64,000 nt of DNA, from contig JAWSUI010000001.1 of the NCBI GenBank assembly GCA_033551855.1, forward strand, positions 1 through 64,000. The letters run 5' to 3'. The DNA comes from Deferrisomatales bacterium. GTDB taxonomy: Bacteria > Desulfobacterota > Deferrisomatia > Deferrisomatales > JACRMM01. Made by a program: the position numbers and the translations under genes. This document shows, piece by piece, positions 28,298 to 39,143 of the stretch. The notes beneath the pieces are model-generated. The model was not told the origin of the DNA, did not search any database, and worked only from the letters and a program-made list of their open reading frames with translations. How positions within the stretch are numbered: the first letter of the stretch is position 1; the number at the start of each line of letters is the position of its first letter.

Positions 28298-31200
28298 TCA
28301 CCGCTCCTCCGCGCGGACCGACACCTCCCACTCCCGGCCCTCCCGCAGAAACCGAACCCGCACGTCGTCGCCGGGGGCCAGGGCCCTGAGGGCGCGGGCG
28401 TAATCGGACAGGGTCTCCACCCGCACCCCCCCCAGGCCCAGAACCACGTCACCCGGGAGTAGACCCGCCCGCTCCACCGGGGAGCCGGGGGACACGCCGG
28501 AGAGGCGCAGACCCGGTCCCTCGTGGGCGGGATCCGGCACGGTGCCGAGGTACACCTTTCGCCGGCCTGCGCCCTCCCCCAGGCGGCTCCCCGCGCCCGA
28601 GGCATCCGGCAGCGTACTCGTCAAGGGGTCCGGGCTCCCGGTCAAGTATTCCAGCATCTCCTGGACCACCGAGGCAACCCGGACGAGCCCCTGCCCATCG
28701 ACCCGATCGGCGGTGCCGGTCGCCCGGCGCACGTCGGGGCGGGGCCCGGTGAAGACCTGCACCGCCGGCACCCCGATCTCGTGGAAGCTCACCGGGTCGC
28801 TTCCCCCCGGGTCCCGGGCCGCGACCTCCACCGGGACCCCCGTCACCACGCCAGCCCCCTGGAAGAGCTGATTCCACTCCCGGGCCGTGCCACCTCCCAG
28901 CACCCGGAGCGGGCCGGAACCCGGGCGCCCCGCGGTGTCGAGGCTGAGCATGGCCACGGCCCGCGACGCAGGGTGGGGCCCGCCCGCCGCAGCGTAGTGG
29001 CGAGATCCCAGGCGCCCCGCCTCTTCCCCCGCGAAGGCGGCAAAGACCAGGGTCCGGGCGGGGCGCCACGTCCGGCTCCGACCGGGGCCCAGGGTCCGGG
29101 CGAGCCCCAGGAGCACCGCCACACCGCCGGCATCCTCCTCCGCCCCGCGATCGGCGTGACCCCGGTCCTCGGCGCGACCCGGGGCTCGGCCCGGGTGGTG
29201 GTAGCGGGCCCCCACCACGACGCTCTGGCCCGCCCAGTCCTGCCGGTGGCCCGGCAGCACCCCGATGACATTTCGCAGGGCAGGCTCCCCCTCGGGAGCC
29301 CCTTCCCGGGCAGCGAAGGTCTGAAAGTAGGAGCCCCCGTCCCCGCCAGGGACGAGCCCCGCGGCCCGAAACCCCTCCGCGATGCGCTCGGCAGCCGCGT
29401 CCGGCCCCGGGGTGCCCGAATCCCGCCCTTCGAGACCCGGGGAGGACAGCGCCCGCACCGTGTCGGCCATGCCCTCGGCCGAAAAGGCCGGTGGGGGTCG
29501 TGCCAGGGGCTCCCGGTGAGGAAGCACCCCCGGAGGCGGGAGGGGCCCGCCGGAGGGGGCCGCGCTCAGGGGGGAGTCCACCACGGGCCAACGGCCCTTG
29601 GCCGTGTTGTGGGGCTCGTCCCCCTCGAAGGCGAGGTAGCTGTACTTGTGGTAGTGGGGGAGCCTCCGCCCCAGGCCGGGAAGGGCCGCCGGGTTGCCCG
29701 TGGCCACCAGGCTCAGGGTCAGACCGGGGTCCGCGGGGTGGCGACCGACGAGGACGGCCGCGCTGGTACCCGCAGGCACCTCGACGCCGTCCCACCTCGC
29801 CCCCCCGCGACCGAGGGTGGCACCGTAGGGGCGCAGGCTTTGCTCCAGGGCGGAGAGAAACCGGTTATCCCATCCCAGGAGCCACACCGCCCGGTCCGCC
29901 GGGAGTGCGGCCACCTCCCGATCCTCGACCACCTCCCACCGCCCGGGCTGGGAGCGGGCCCAACCCCGGGCGACCTCCCGGTAGGCGGCCAGCAGCTCCG
30001 GCGGGGCCCCGGAAGGCAAGAGGACGAGCACGGCCTCGGCCCCGAACCCCCCGCTCAGGGCGGGGGGGAGCTCCGCCGGGTCGAGGCGCCGGAAGAGGTC
30101 GAGCTCCGGATCCACGTCGACGCGCACGGGGCGTCCGGGGACCTGGAGCCGGAAGGTCGTGGACCGGGCGCCGATCTCCAGCACCGCCCGGTGAGCCTCC
30201 TGCCGGCCCTCCAAGGTGACCGCCACCGGAACCCGGAGGCGGTACGGGATGCCTTGCTGCACCTGGTCGATCCGCAGCGCCAGCACCCACTCGTCCCCCT
30301 GGGGGGCCGGCGCGGCGGAGACCCCGGACAAGACGAGGGCCGGGGCCCCGGTCCGCTCCACCCACTGATCGAACTCCCCCCGCAGGTCCTGACCCGACGC
30401 CACCTCCAGCGCCAGGCGCAGGTCGTCGAAGGTGGCGGCCCGGAACTTGTTGGCCTTGTAGAACCCCCTCAAGCCCCGGAGAAAGACCTCGTCGCCCAGC
30501 TGCAACCGGAGCATGTGGAAGAACAGGAGGCTCTTGCCGTACCCGACGGCCTCGGTCGCGGAGCTGTGGCGGGCGCGGAACTCCCGCAGGGGGAAGTCTC
30601 GCTGCCGGGAGGCGTAGTCGACGTACTTCTGGAGGGTGGCCTGCCGATACTCGGCCCCGCCGCCCTGGGTTTCCTGGAGCAGGTGGTCCGCCAGGTAGGC
30701 GGTGAGGCCCTCGCCCCAGTTGCCGGACCCGTAGTCCACGTACACCCCGTTTCCCCACCAGTTGTGGAGGATCTCGTGGGGATAGGAGCTGTGCAGGATG
30801 AAGGGGAGGCGCAGGACCCGGGGGCCCAGCAGGGCGAAGGAGGGCATGCCGTACCCCGTCTCCCAGAAATTCTCCACCAGCGCGAACTTCTCATAGGGGT
30901 AGGGGCCCAGCAGCCGGGAGTACATCTCCAGATACCGCCCCCCGGCTTCCAGGTACCGCCCCGCCAGTTCCGGGTCGGGCTGTCGCAGAAACACCTGGAC
31001 CTCCCAGGGCCCGTGTTGCCGGGAGAGCTCGGTGAGGGGCCCGGCGACCAGGTAGATCCCCTCCTGGGGGGAGGACTCCTCCCACCGGGCCCGGGTGCCG
31101 GCCTCACCCCGTTCGTGGGCCGTTCGCCGGCCCTGGCTCACGGCGTCCCACCCGCGGGGAAGCCGAACATCCAAGGAGAAGGTTACGAGCTCCCGCCCCA

Positions 31201-31678
31201 GCTGCGGCACCCAGAGGGAGGCCCCGGACAGGAACGCCCCTTCCTCTCCCACCAGCCCCGAGGTCCGGCGGAACCCCCGGGAGTACTCCTGCTCCGCCGA
31301 GAGGGGATCGTGCAAGACCCCGGAGTAACGCACGGTGAAGGCCCGCTCCCCGGGGGGCAGGTGGACCCGGTAGGCGGCGCTTCCCGCGGGAAAGTCGACG
31401 GAACCCGGCGACTCGGCGATCCGCCGGAGGGCCGCGCCTGGGGAAACCGCGGCGACGGAGAGATTCTCGTGGAGGAGGAAGACCGCCTGCCCGGAGGCGG
31501 CGCGGGCTTCCGGCAGGGTGAGGGTAGCCGTCACCTCGATGCGGCGCCGGGCCGGGTCGAGCTCGACGGAGAGATCGTGGTGCACCAGCGAGCCGGCCAA
31601 GGCGGCGGTCCCCGACCAGGAGGCGCTCCCCGAGGCGAGCAGCAGGGCAACCGCAGCCACGGCTCTGCGGGGCCTCAC
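28298..31678 (-). CDS. Exported M1 aminopeptidase + M28-like + PDZ multidomain protein
   Basis: GYGMPS; HEILHNWWGN..WGEGLTAY (HExxH-x18-E); GYGK; M28-like fold FAGEE.G.LGS; PDZ YLGTVP..SP.ERAGL..GD. Confidence 0.85.
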   Translation of the reverse strand: MRPRRAVAAVALLLASGSASWSGTAALAGSLVHHDLSVELDPARRRIEVTATLTLPEARAASGQAVFLLHENLSVAAVSPGAALRRIAESPGSVDFPAGSAAYRVHLPPGERAFTVRYSGVLHDPLSAEQEYSRGFRRTSGLVGEEGAFLSGASLWVPQLGRELVTFSLDVRLPRGWDAVSQGRRTAHERGEAGTRARWEESSPQEGIYLVAGPLTELSRQHGPWEVQVFLRQPDPELAGRYLEAGGRYLEMYSRLLGPYPYEKFALVENFWETGYGMPSFALLGPRVLRLPFILHSSYPHEILHNWWGNGVYVDYGSGNWGEGLTAYLADHLLQETQGGGAEYRQATLQKYVDYASRQRDFPLREFRARHSSATEAVGYGKSLLFFHMLRLQLGDEVFLRGLRGFYKANKFRAATFDDLRLALEVASGQDLRGEFDQWVERTGAPALVLSGVSAAPAPQGDEWVLALRIDQVQQGIPYRLRVPVAVTLEGRQEAHRAVLEIGARSTTFRLQVPGRPVRVDVDPELDLFRRLDPAELPPALSGGFGAEAVLVLLPSGAPPELLAAYREVARGWARSQPGRWEVVEDREVAALPADRAVWLLGWDNRFLSALEQSLRPYGATLGRGGARWDGVEVPAGTSAAVLVGRHPADPGLTLSLVATGNPAALPGLGRRLPHYHKYSYLAFEGDEPHNTAKGRWPVVDSPLSAAPSGGPLPPPGVLPHREPLARPPPAFSAEGMADTVRALSSPGLEGRDSGTPGPDAAAERIAEGFRAAGLVPGGDGGSYFQTFAAREGAPEGEPALRNVIGVLPGHRQDWAGQSVVVGARYHHPGRAPGRAEDRGHADRGAEEDAGGVAVLLGLARTLGPGRSRTWRPARTLVFAAFAGEEAGRLGSRHYAAAGGPHPASRAVAMLSLDTAGRPGSGPLRVLGGGTAREWNQLFQGAGVVTGVPVEVAARDPGGSDPVSFHEIGVPAVQVFTGPRPDVRRATGTADRVDGQGLVRVASVVQEMLEYLTGSPDPLTSTLPDASGAGSRLGEGAGRRKVYLGTVPDPAHEGPGLRLSGVSPGSPVERAGLLPGDVVLGLGGVRVETLSDYARALRALAPGDDVRVRFLREGREWEVSVRAEER

Positions 31679-33975
31679 GGGTGGCCCCGCAGAGCCGTGG
31701 CGACGCCGGCCAAGAGCTGTTCCCCGTCGAAGGGTTTTCGGACGAACGGGCAGTCGGGGGTCAGGGTCCCGGCCAGATCCTCCCGCCCGGAAATCACGAG
31801 CACCGGGACCTCGGGGGCGAGGCCCCGCAGGACGCGGTACACCTGGTCCCCCCCCAGCTCCGGCAGGATCAGGTCCAGGACGACGAGCCCGAACCGCTGG
31901 GGATCCTTCTGGAGACGCTCCATGGCCTCGAGGCCCGTCCGGGCCCACGCCACGCGGTATCCGTGGTCTTCCAGAACCGCCACGAGGAGGCGCTGCACGT
32001 CCTCCTCGTCCTCGACCAGGAGCACCGCCCGGGGCGTGAGTGGGTGTCCCGGCCGGGTTCCCGGGCGGGCCCGGGCGGAACGGCGCCGCCGCGCCGGCGC
32101 CGCGGGCAGCCGAACGGTGAAGGTGCTGCCCTCGCCGGGTGCAGAGTCTACGAGGAGCTTCCCTCCCCAGCGCTGCACCGAGGCCTGCGCCGTGGACAGG
32201 CCGAGCCCCACGCCCAGCTCCGCCGACTTCGTGCTGAAGAACGGGTCGAAGATCCTTTCCCGGAGGGCCTCGCTGATGCCGTGCCCGGTGTCGGCCACCT
32301 CCAGATCGACCCACTCCTCCCCCGTGGTTTCCCGGCTCCGGCCCGCCCGGATCCGCAGCGTGCCGCCCCCGGACATCGCGTCGCGGCCGTTGAGTGCCAG
32401 GTTGAGGAGCGCCGCCGTGAGCAGGGACCGGTCGGCCCGCACCGGCGGAAGCCCCTCATCGACCGACGTCTCCACGAGGATGTTCCGGGGGAGGGTGCGC
32501 TCCAGGATCTGCCGCACCTCGTCCACGGAGGGTCCCACCTGGAGGAGCTCCTCGCGCCCGGGACGGCGGCGGGCCACGGAGAGGAGGTGGCGTGTCAGCT
32601 CCCCCCCCCGCTGGCACAGGGCCTGGATTCGGTCCAACTCCGCCGCCCCGCGGGCCGAGCTTCTCAGGGCGAGCCTGGCGACGTACACGCAGCCGAGGAT
32701 GCTTCCGAGCAGATTGTTGAAGTCGTGGGCCACTCCCCCGGCGAGGCGGCCCACCGCCTCCAGGGTCTGGCTGCGCCGGAGCTCCCGCTCCACGGCGGCC
32801 CGCTCCCGCTCGGCCGCCCGCCGCCCGGAGACGTCCCGGAGGATCGCCCCCACGCTGTCCGCCCCGTCCTCCGTCCGGAAGCGGAAGCTGCTCACCTCCA
32901 CCTCCAGGGAGCCCCCGTCGGCCATGAGCAGGCGCAGCTCCAAGGGCCCGACGGTCTCTCCCCGGGCGATGGCGTCCCGCTCCCCCCGGGAGCGGTCGCG
33001 GTCTTCGGGGTGGATCAGGAACTCCACCGGCCGGCCCAGGAGGGCTCCCGGCTTGTACCCCAGGAGATGCTCCGTGGCCGCGTTGACAAACCGGATGCGG
33101 CCCCTCCCGTCCACCAGGTGGATCATGTCGCTGGTGGCGTCGGCGATCTTGCGAAACCGCTCCTCGCTCGCTCGGAGGGCCTCCTCGGCGCTCTTCCGCT
33201 CGGTGATGTCCTGGATCTGGCTCACCGTGTGACGGGGCGCCCCCTCCCCGTCCCGGACGAGGGTCACGTCCAGTGATACCCAGCGGGGCTCGCCGCCGCG
33301 GGTCAGGTAGCGCTTCTCCAGGTGATACCCGGGGATCTCCCCGGTCAGGAGGCGGTGCATGAGGGCGCAGCTCCCCTCCCGATCCTCCGGGTGGGTCACG
33401 TCGAGGAACGACCGGCCCACGAGCTCCCGTTCCGGGATGCCGAGCAGATCGCACAGAGCGCGATTCACCTGGAGAAACCGCCCCTCGGGAGAACAAAGGG
33501 CCATGCCCAGCCCGGCCCCGTGGAAGGCGTTCTGGTAGCGCTCCTCGCTCTGGCGCAGCACCTCGTCCACGCGCTTGCGGTCCGAGATGTCTCGCACGCA
33601 GGCGAGCACCCGGTCTTGGCCGGCGACGACCGCCCGCCGCAGGCTCACCTCGGTCCAGAACAACCGCCCGCTGCGGTCCCGGTACAGCCACTCGAAGCGC
33701 TGGGGGCCCTTGCGCGTGGCGAGGGACACCCACCGCCGGGCGTCCGCCTGGGTGAAGGGGGGCTCGCCACTGCTGATGTCCCCGGCCGTCCTGCCCCGGA
33801 GCTCGTCGGGTGTCCACCCGAAGAGCTGGCAGGCGGCGGGGTTCACCTCCACGATCCCGCCGGTGAGCGTGTCGTGGACGAAGATGGCGTCGTCGAGGGC
33901 GTCGAAGACGGCCCGCCACGGCTCTCCCGCGGAATCACCCGGCGGGGCGCGCACAGGGGAGCTGGTGGGGGTCAC
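31675..33975 (-). CDS. Hybrid histidine kinase (3 PAS-HisKA-HATPase-REC)
   Basis: Three PAS/PAC repeats; AGGVAHDFNNLL; FDPFFSTK; C-terminal receiver domain. Confidence 0.9.
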   Translation of the reverse strand: MTPTSSPVRAPPGDSAGEPWRAVFDALDDAIFVHDTLTGGIVEVNPAACQLFGWTPDELRGRTAGDISSGEPPFTQADARRWVSLATRKGPQRFEWLYRDRSGRLFWTEVSLRRAVVAGQDRVLACVRDISDRKRVDEVLRQSEERYQNAFHGAGLGMALCSPEGRFLQVNRALCDLLGIPERELVGRSFLDVTHPEDREGSCALMHRLLTGEIPGYHLEKRYLTRGGEPRWVSLDVTLVRDGEGAPRHTVSQIQDITERKSAEEALRASEERFRKIADATSDMIHLVDGRGRIRFVNAATEHLLGYKPGALLGRPVEFLIHPEDRDRSRGERDAIARGETVGPLELRLLMADGGSLEVEVSSFRFRTEDGADSVGAILRDVSGRRAAERERAAVERELRRSQTLEAVGRLAGGVAHDFNNLLGSILGCVYVARLALRSSARGAAELDRIQALCQRGGELTRHLLSVARRRPGREELLQVGPSVDEVRQILERTLPRNILVETSVDEGLPPVRADRSLLTAALLNLALNGRDAMSGGGTLRIRAGRSRETTGEEWVDLEVADTGHGISEALRERIFDPFFSTKSAELGVGLGLSTAQASVQRWGGKLLVDSAPGEGSTFTVRLPAAPARRRRSARARPGTRPGHPLTPRAVLLVEDEEDVQRLLVAVLEDHGYRVAWARTGLEAMERLQKDPQRFGLVVLDLILPELGGDQVYRVLRGLAPEVPVLVISGREDLAGTLTPDCPFVRKPFDGEQLLAGVATALRGHP

Positions 33976-34017
33976 GGTCCCTCCGCTGAGGCGGGGCGCC
34001 TCTTCGGTCGTCCTAGC

Positions 34018-34048
34018 GCAGAAGGCCCGGGTGCGCCGGGCCTTCTGC
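34018..34048 (-). terminator. Hairpin after the ferritin gene
   Basis: GCAGAAGGCCCGG-GTGCG-CCGGGCCTTCTGC. Confidence 0.55.
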
Positions 34049-34068
34049 CCAAAGGAGGCGCTCGGTCC

Positions 34069-34578
34069 TCACGTTCCCGGCGGGGGGGTGAAGACGCGCT
34101 GGCCGGCCTCCTGGTCGAGGAGCAGAACCCCCCGGCCGTCCCCTTTGACCATCTTGAGCTTGCGCACGTAGGCCGTTACGCTCGCCTCCTCCTCCACCTG
34201 CTCGGTGACGAACCACTGGAGGAAGATTTGGGCGGCGTGGTTGCTCTCCTTGCGGGCCAGGTCCATCAGGTCGTTGATCCGCGAGGTCACGAACTGCTCG
34301 TGCTTCAGGGCGGTCTCGAAGGCCTCCAGGGGGGTCCGGTACGCGGAACGGACGGCGTCCATCCCGCGCAGATCCGCCTGGCCCCCCGCCTCGAGGACGA
34401 AGCCGAAGAACTTCTCCCCGTGGGTGAGCTCCTCCAGAGCCTGCACGCGGAACCAGTTTCCGAACCCCTTCAGCTCCTCCCCTTCGAAGTATGCCTGCAT
34501 CCCCTTGTAGATGTAGGCGGAGTAGAACTCGTTCTTCATCTGCTCGTTCAGGGCGTCCTGCAGTTTCTTGCTGAGCAT
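34069..34578 (-). CDS. ftnA: Non-haem ferritin
   Basis: LNEQMKNEFYSAYIY, EELTHG.KF, HEQFVT..IN.L, FLQWFVTEQVEEE. Confidence 0.92.
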   Translation of the reverse strand: MLSKKLQDALNEQMKNEFYSAYIYKGMQAYFEGEELKGFGNWFRVQALEELTHGEKFFGFVLEAGGQADLRGMDAVRSAYRTPLEAFETALKHEQFVTSRINDLMDLARKESNHAAQIFLQWFVTEQVEEEASVTAYVRKLKMVKGDGRGVLLLDQEAGQRVFTPPPGT

Positions 34579-34715
34579 GGGCACCTCCTCTGAGTTCCAT
34601 GGGCGGCCCCGGCCCGCCGTCCCCCGGCAGGGTACCATCGATCCTCCAGCCTTCCAGGCCCCCTCGCCCGGCCCGCGGCCCCTCCGGCGCAACGCCCGCC
34701 GGCCCCGCGCTACTC

Positions 34716-34907
34716 CTACCGGAGCTGCGCGGCGAAGGCCTTCATGGAGCGGTCGTAGGTGCGCTCCGCTTCCGGGGTGAAGTAGCACCCCACCATCTCG
34801 TTCCTCTCGCGGTGGTAGGCGATGCACCGGCAGCAGGCCCCCCGCTTGTCGCAGGAGGTGTACGTGCAGGAGCACAGGGATGCGTTGGCTTTCTGGGTGC
34901 AGTCCAT
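34716..34907 (-). CDS. Small Cys-rich protein (DUF6485-like)
   Basis: CSCTYTSCDKRGACCRCIAYH...GCYF..EAERTYDRS; GGAGG SD. Confidence 0.75.
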   Translation of the reverse strand: MDCTQKANASLCSCTYTSCDKRGACCRCIAYHRERNEMVGCYFTPEAERTYDRSMKAFAAQLR

Positions 34908-35112
34908 CGGCGGCCTCCTCCCCGGGGTTTCGAGAAAGCATACGAAAGATCGGGGAGCGCGGGCAAGGACCGCAGGCGCCCGGACCCACCGCCCGACACG
35001 TGCTCATGGCCGGGGAGCCCCTCCGAGACCCGTCGCAACCCGGGGGGGCGCGGCGGCGCTGGCCGGTGCGGGCGGCCTCGGCCGTCCTTGGCGGGCCGCC
35101 GGAGGAGGAACC

Positions 35113-35793
35113 TCAGAACAAGCGGCGCAATCCCGCGCCCCAGAAGTCGGAGCCCCCGTGCACCCCGTCGTGGAGGCCGAAGACCCCGGAGCGGTGGTGC
35201 TGGCGGAGGGAGAGGCTCCAGCGCTGTTCCCCAGGAAGAGCCAGGGTGATCTCGAAGAGGAGGTAGTTCAGGAGCCGCGTCGAGCGCCCGTGCCGCCGGA
35301 TCTCCACCTCGGGCACCCGGGTGGCGTAAGAGAGACCGTCGCCCACTGCGACGGAGGTGGGCAGGTAAGCGTTCCACGGGAAGGCGAGCCACCGCAGGAT
35401 CACGAGGCCGTTCGCCTCGCCGTGGGTCTGGAGCCCCATGTGCTTGACCGCCTGTACCTCCGCCTCCCAGCGGGCCCAGTGGCCGTGCCGTCCCACCGTC
35501 TGGGCAAGTCCCAGGGCCAGGAGATAGGAGTCGAAGGTGCCCGCCCGGAAGGCCGTGGTCTTCCCCACGGACTCGTTCGAGGCCAGCCCTGCGAAGACCG
35601 TGGCGAAGCGCTCCCCGGCCCCGGCCGGCGAGGCAAACCCGGCAGCGGCAAGGAACCAGACCAGGGCCGGGAGGACCCGCCACCGCCCCGGCCGCGCCGG
35701 GGCAGGCTGCCCCTCGTCCCGGCCGGAGCGGGGGCTTCCGGGCCCCCCCGAGGGGGAGCGTCTCCTTCCGTGCTGCGAGCGCTCGCTGTTCAC
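35113..35793 (-). CDS. Putative small outer-membrane beta-barrel (PagL/acyloxyacyl hydrolase-like); start uncertain
   Basis: Signal-like VLPALVWFLAAAGFA; alternating beta strands; HHRSG..G motif; C-terminal Phe. Confidence 0.55.
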   Translation of the reverse strand: MNSERSQHGRRRSPSGGPGSPRSGRDEGQPAPARPGRWRVLPALVWFLAAAGFASPAGAGERFATVFAGLASNESVGKTTAFRAGTFDSYLLALGLAQTVGRHGHWARWEAEVQAVKHMGLQTHGEANGLVILRWLAFPWNAYLPTSVAVGDGLSYATRVPEVEIRRHGRSTRLLNYLLFEITLALPGEQRWSLSLRQHHRSGVFGLHDGVHGGSDFWGAGLRRLF

Positions 35794-35968
35794 CGAGATA
35801 CCCTGCCCTCCCTCGCCGCCCGCGCTCCGGGGACCTTCTCCCGGGCGGACCGCATCCTGCCACAGGAGGTGGCCCTGGGGCCAGCCCGGCCCGACAGCCC
35901 CGGAGCGGGTTGGGCCACCCGCCCGGTTCCCGGGCACCGCCGCAGGCCGGGCGCCGAATAGAACACAG

Positions 35969-35996
35969 TTGCACGTACCGCCCTCGATGGTATGAT
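35969..35996 (+). promoter_or_regulatory. sigma70 promoter of the two-component pair
   Basis: TTGCAC-N16-TATGAT with a TGn extended -10. Confidence 0.5.
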
Positions 35997-36131
35997 CGGG
36001 GGCGAACCAGGGGCGCCCAAGCCCTGGGCGCTTGCGTCGCATCTGTGCGCCAGTGCGCTGAACACCCCCTGCGCGCGAGGGTCTTGCCAGAACGACGTAT
36101 CGGATCTTCTCAACCCGGCGCACGAGATTCG

Positions 36132-37634
36132 ATGGCCGTATCCAACCGGGAAGACAGCCGCCTCAAGCTCCTCGCCGACCTGGTGGAGGAGAGCGAGGAC
36201 CCGGCCGTGGCATTTCGCCCCGCGAGGGGCAAGATCGCCTACGCCAACCGGGCCTTTCGTGAGCTGACCGGGAGCTCCCCGGAGGACGTTCTCCGGAGGG
36301 GCCTCTACTTCTGTCTCGGCGACCGGGCCGGCAGCCAGACCCGAGAGGCGGTCCGCCCGCTCCTGGAGGGAACGGCCGGCCGGGTATCGATCGAGCTCAC
36401 CCTGGAACGGCCCCTCTGCCCCCCCCGAGTCCTGGACGCCACCTTCAGCCTGGTGCGACCCAGCCCGCAGCGGCCCGTGGTGGCGGCACGGCTGCACGAC
36501 ACCACGGCCCGGTCCGAGCGAGAGCGGGCACAGGCCTCCCGGCTGCGTTTCCTCTCCAGCATCATCGAGGGTTCCCTGCAGTGCATCATCGTCACCGACA
36601 TGCGGGGCAGGATCGAGGTGTTCAACCGGGGAGCCCAGAAGCTGCTCGGGTATCACGCCGGAGAGGTGGTGCGGCGCAAGTACGTCCAGGACCTGTACGA
36701 CGGGGAGGCGGGCCGTGACGTGCTGGCCCGCGTGCGGGAGCCGACCCACGACGGCCCCGGGGTGCTCGACCGGTACCAGGCGATCCTGATCGGGAAGAAC
36801 CGCAGCCGGATCCCGGTGTGGATGACGGTGCACCTGCTGTACGACGAGGCCAGCCGGGAGGCGGGGACCGTCTCGTACATCCAGGACACCCGAGACATCG
36901 TGGAGATGGAGCGGAAGCTCGAGGAGGTGCAGCTGCAGCTGATCCACGCCGACAAGATGGCGTCCTTGGGGAAGCTCGCCGCCGGCGTGGCCCACGAAAT
37001 CAACAACCCCCTGGGGGGAATCCTCCTCTTCGGGGGGCTCCTGCTGGAGGACATGGACTTCTCCAACCCCTTCCGGGAGGACATGGACCGCATCGTCCAA
37101 GAGGCCCGGCGCTGCCGCGAAATCGTCAACTCCCTCCTGGACTTCGCCCACCAGAAGAAGCGCTACCACGAGCCCGTGGACCTCAACGCGGCGGTGGAGC
37201 AGTGCCTCTCTCTCCTCGGGAACAAGGCGCTGTTCCACAACATCCGGGTGGAATCGCACCTCGCCGAGGGGCTGCCCCCGGCCACGGGAAACCCCAGCCA
37301 GATCAAGCAGGTGTTCACCAACATCGTGACCAACGCGGTGGACGCCATGGAGGGGGAGGGCCTGCTCACCCTCTCTTCGCGTTTCGAGCCGGAGGCCGGC
37401 GTGGTGTCGGTGTCGTTCACCGACACGGGGCCCGGCATCCCGGCGGAGATCCGAAACCGGATCTTCGACCCGTTCTTCACCACCAAGGAGCCCGGCAAGG
37501 GTACCGGCCTGGGCCTGAGCCTCTGTTACAACATCATCCGCATGCACCGGGGAGACATCCGCTTGACCTGCGGGCCGGGGGGCGGCACCACCTTCACGGT
37601 CGTCCTGCCGGTCTCGGAAGAGGAGGGACCGTGA
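36132..37634 (+). CDS. Cytoplasmic PAS-PAS histidine kinase
   Basis: No TM segment; two PAS-like regions; [27 protein letters not shown]. Confidence 0.9.
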   Translation: MAVSNREDSRLKLLADLVEESEDPAVAFRPARGKIAYANRAFRELTGSSPEDVLRRGLYFCLGDRAGSQTREAVRPLLEGTAGRVSIELTLERPLCPPRVLDATFSLVRPSPQRPVVAARLHDTTARSERERAQASRLRFLSSIIEGSLQCIIVTDMRGRIEVFNRGAQKLLGYHAGEVVRRKYVQDLYDGEAGRDVLARVREPTHDGPGVLDRYQAILIGKNRSRIPVWMTVHLLYDEASREAGTVSYIQDTRDIVEMERKLEEVQLQLIHADKMASLGKLAAGVAHEINNPLGGILLFGGLLLEDMDFSNPFREDMDRIVQEARRCREIVNSLLDFAHQKKRYHEPVDLNAAVEQCLSLLGNKALFHNIRVESHLAEGLPPATGNPSQIKQVFTNIVTNAVDAMEGEGLLTLSSRFEPEAGVVSVSFTDTGPGIPAEIRNRIFDPFFTTKEPGKGTGLGLSLCYNIIRMHRGDIRLTCGPGGGTTFTVVLPVSEEEGP

Positions 37635-38962
37635 GAGCCCTCATCGTCGACGACGAGCGCTCCATCCGCGAGGGCCTGGCAAAGACCCTCAAGCGCATGG
37701 GTCACGACTCGGTGGCGGTGGACAACGGCTCCGAGGCCGTGGAGGCGTTCACCCGGGGGGGGTGCGACCTCGTCTTCCTCGACCTGAAGATGCCGGGGAT
37801 CGACGGCATGGAGACCCTGGCCCGCCTCAAGGAAGCCGATCCCGAGGTGATCATCGTCATGATCACCGGCTACCCTTCGGTGGAGAACGTCCTCAAGGCC
37901 TTTCGGCTGGGGGCCTACGACTACATGCCCAAGCCCTTTTCCCCCCAGGAGGTCCGGATCATCACGGCCCGGGCCGAGGAGAGGCGGCGCCTGCGGTTCG
38001 CCAACGAGCAGCTGCGCCGGCAGCTCAAGGCCGCCAAAGGCGACGCCTTCGTCATCAGCCGCAGCTCGGCGATGCGCGAGGTCAACGCCTTGATCGACAA
38101 GGTGGCCCGCACCGACGGCAACGTGCTCCTGACCGGAGAGAGCGGTACGGGAAAGGAGGTCATCGCCCGGACCATCTACGAGCTCTCGCCCCGCAAAGAC
38201 CAGGAGTTCGTGGCCGTGGACTGCTCGATGCTGGCCGAGCCGCTTCTGGAGAGCGAGCTCTTCGGGCACGTGAAGGGGGCATTCACCGGGGCCGAGGCCC
38301 CGAAGCGGGGACTCTTCGAGCTCGCCGACGGGGGCACGTTCTTCCTGGACGAGGTGGGCAACCTCTCCCCCGGCATCCAGTCCAAGCTCCTGCGGGTGGT
38401 CCAGGAGCGGCAGATCAAACCCGTGGGCGGAACCGCCGTGAAGACCGTGGACGTGCGCCTGATCGCGGCCACCAACGCCGACCTCCACGAAGCCATCCGC
38501 CAGGGCCGTTTTCGGGAAGACCTGTACTACCGCCTGGCCGTCTTCCCGATCCACCTGCCCCCCCTGAAGGAGCGGGCCGAGGACATCCCGGAGCTGGTCG
38601 CCTTCTTCGTGGCCAAGTACGGGGCCAAGGCGCGCAAGCGGTTCCGGGAGGTCTCCCCGTCCTTTCTGGCCGTGCTGTCTTCCTACGACTTCCCCGGGAA
38701 CATCCGGGAGCTCGAGAACATCGTCCAGCGGGCCGTGGTCATCGAGGACTCCGAGGTGCTTCGCCCCTCGAGTCTCCCCGCCTACCTCCTGAAGAACCAG
38801 CCGGGGGAGCAAAAGCGCTTCCCGACCCTGGCCGAGCTCGAGCGGGACCATGTGTCCCTGGTGCTGCGGGCCTGCGGCGACCGCCGGGCCCAGGCGGCCC
38901 AGGTGCTGGGGATCGACCGCAAGACGCTCTACCGAAAGCTCAAGGAGTACGGGCTGGGCTGA
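37631..38962 (+). CDS. sigma54-dependent response regulator (NtrC family)
   Basis: REC domain; GESGTGKE; ESELFGHVKGAFTGA; FPGNIREL; LGIDRKTLYRK HTH. Confidence 0.93.
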   Translation: MRALIVDDERSIREGLAKTLKRMGHDSVAVDNGSEAVEAFTRGGCDLVFLDLKMPGIDGMETLARLKEADPEVIIVMITGYPSVENVLKAFRLGAYDYMPKPFSPQEVRIITARAEERRRLRFANEQLRRQLKAAKGDAFVISRSSAMREVNALIDKVARTDGNVLLTGESGTGKEVIARTIYELSPRKDQEFVAVDCSMLAEPLLESELFGHVKGAFTGAEAPKRGLFELADGGTFFLDEVGNLSPGIQSKLLRVVQERQIKPVGGTAVKTVDVRLIAATNADLHEAIRQGRFREDLYYRLAVFPIHLPPLKERAEDIPELVAFFVAKYGAKARKRFREVSPSFLAVLSSYDFPGNIRELENIVQRAVVIEDSEVLRPSSLPAYLLKNQPGEQKRFPTLAELERDHVSLVLRACGDRRAQAAQVLGIDRKTLYRKLKEYGLG

Positions 38963-38967
38963 GGCCG

Positions 38968-39071
38968 GGGGCGAAGTGCCCCACCCGAGAACCCGCATCC
39001 GGCGCCGTTTTGCCCTGGGGAGCCGGGACCCGACCCCGGGGGACGCCCAACTTTTGGGGCAGGATGCCCCA
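38968..39071. promoter_or_regulatory. Pair of candidate enhancer (UAS) palindromes
   Basis: GGGGCGAAGTGCCCC (38968-38982) and TGGGGCAGGATGCCCCA (39055-39071), centres 88 bp apart, upstream of the sigma54 site. Confidence 0.55.
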
Positions 39072-39143
39072 GATCCAGGGGCCCCAAACGCGGCGGCCCC
39101 TTCGCCGAGAAAAAACACGAGTAATTCCAATTGGTTACACGCA

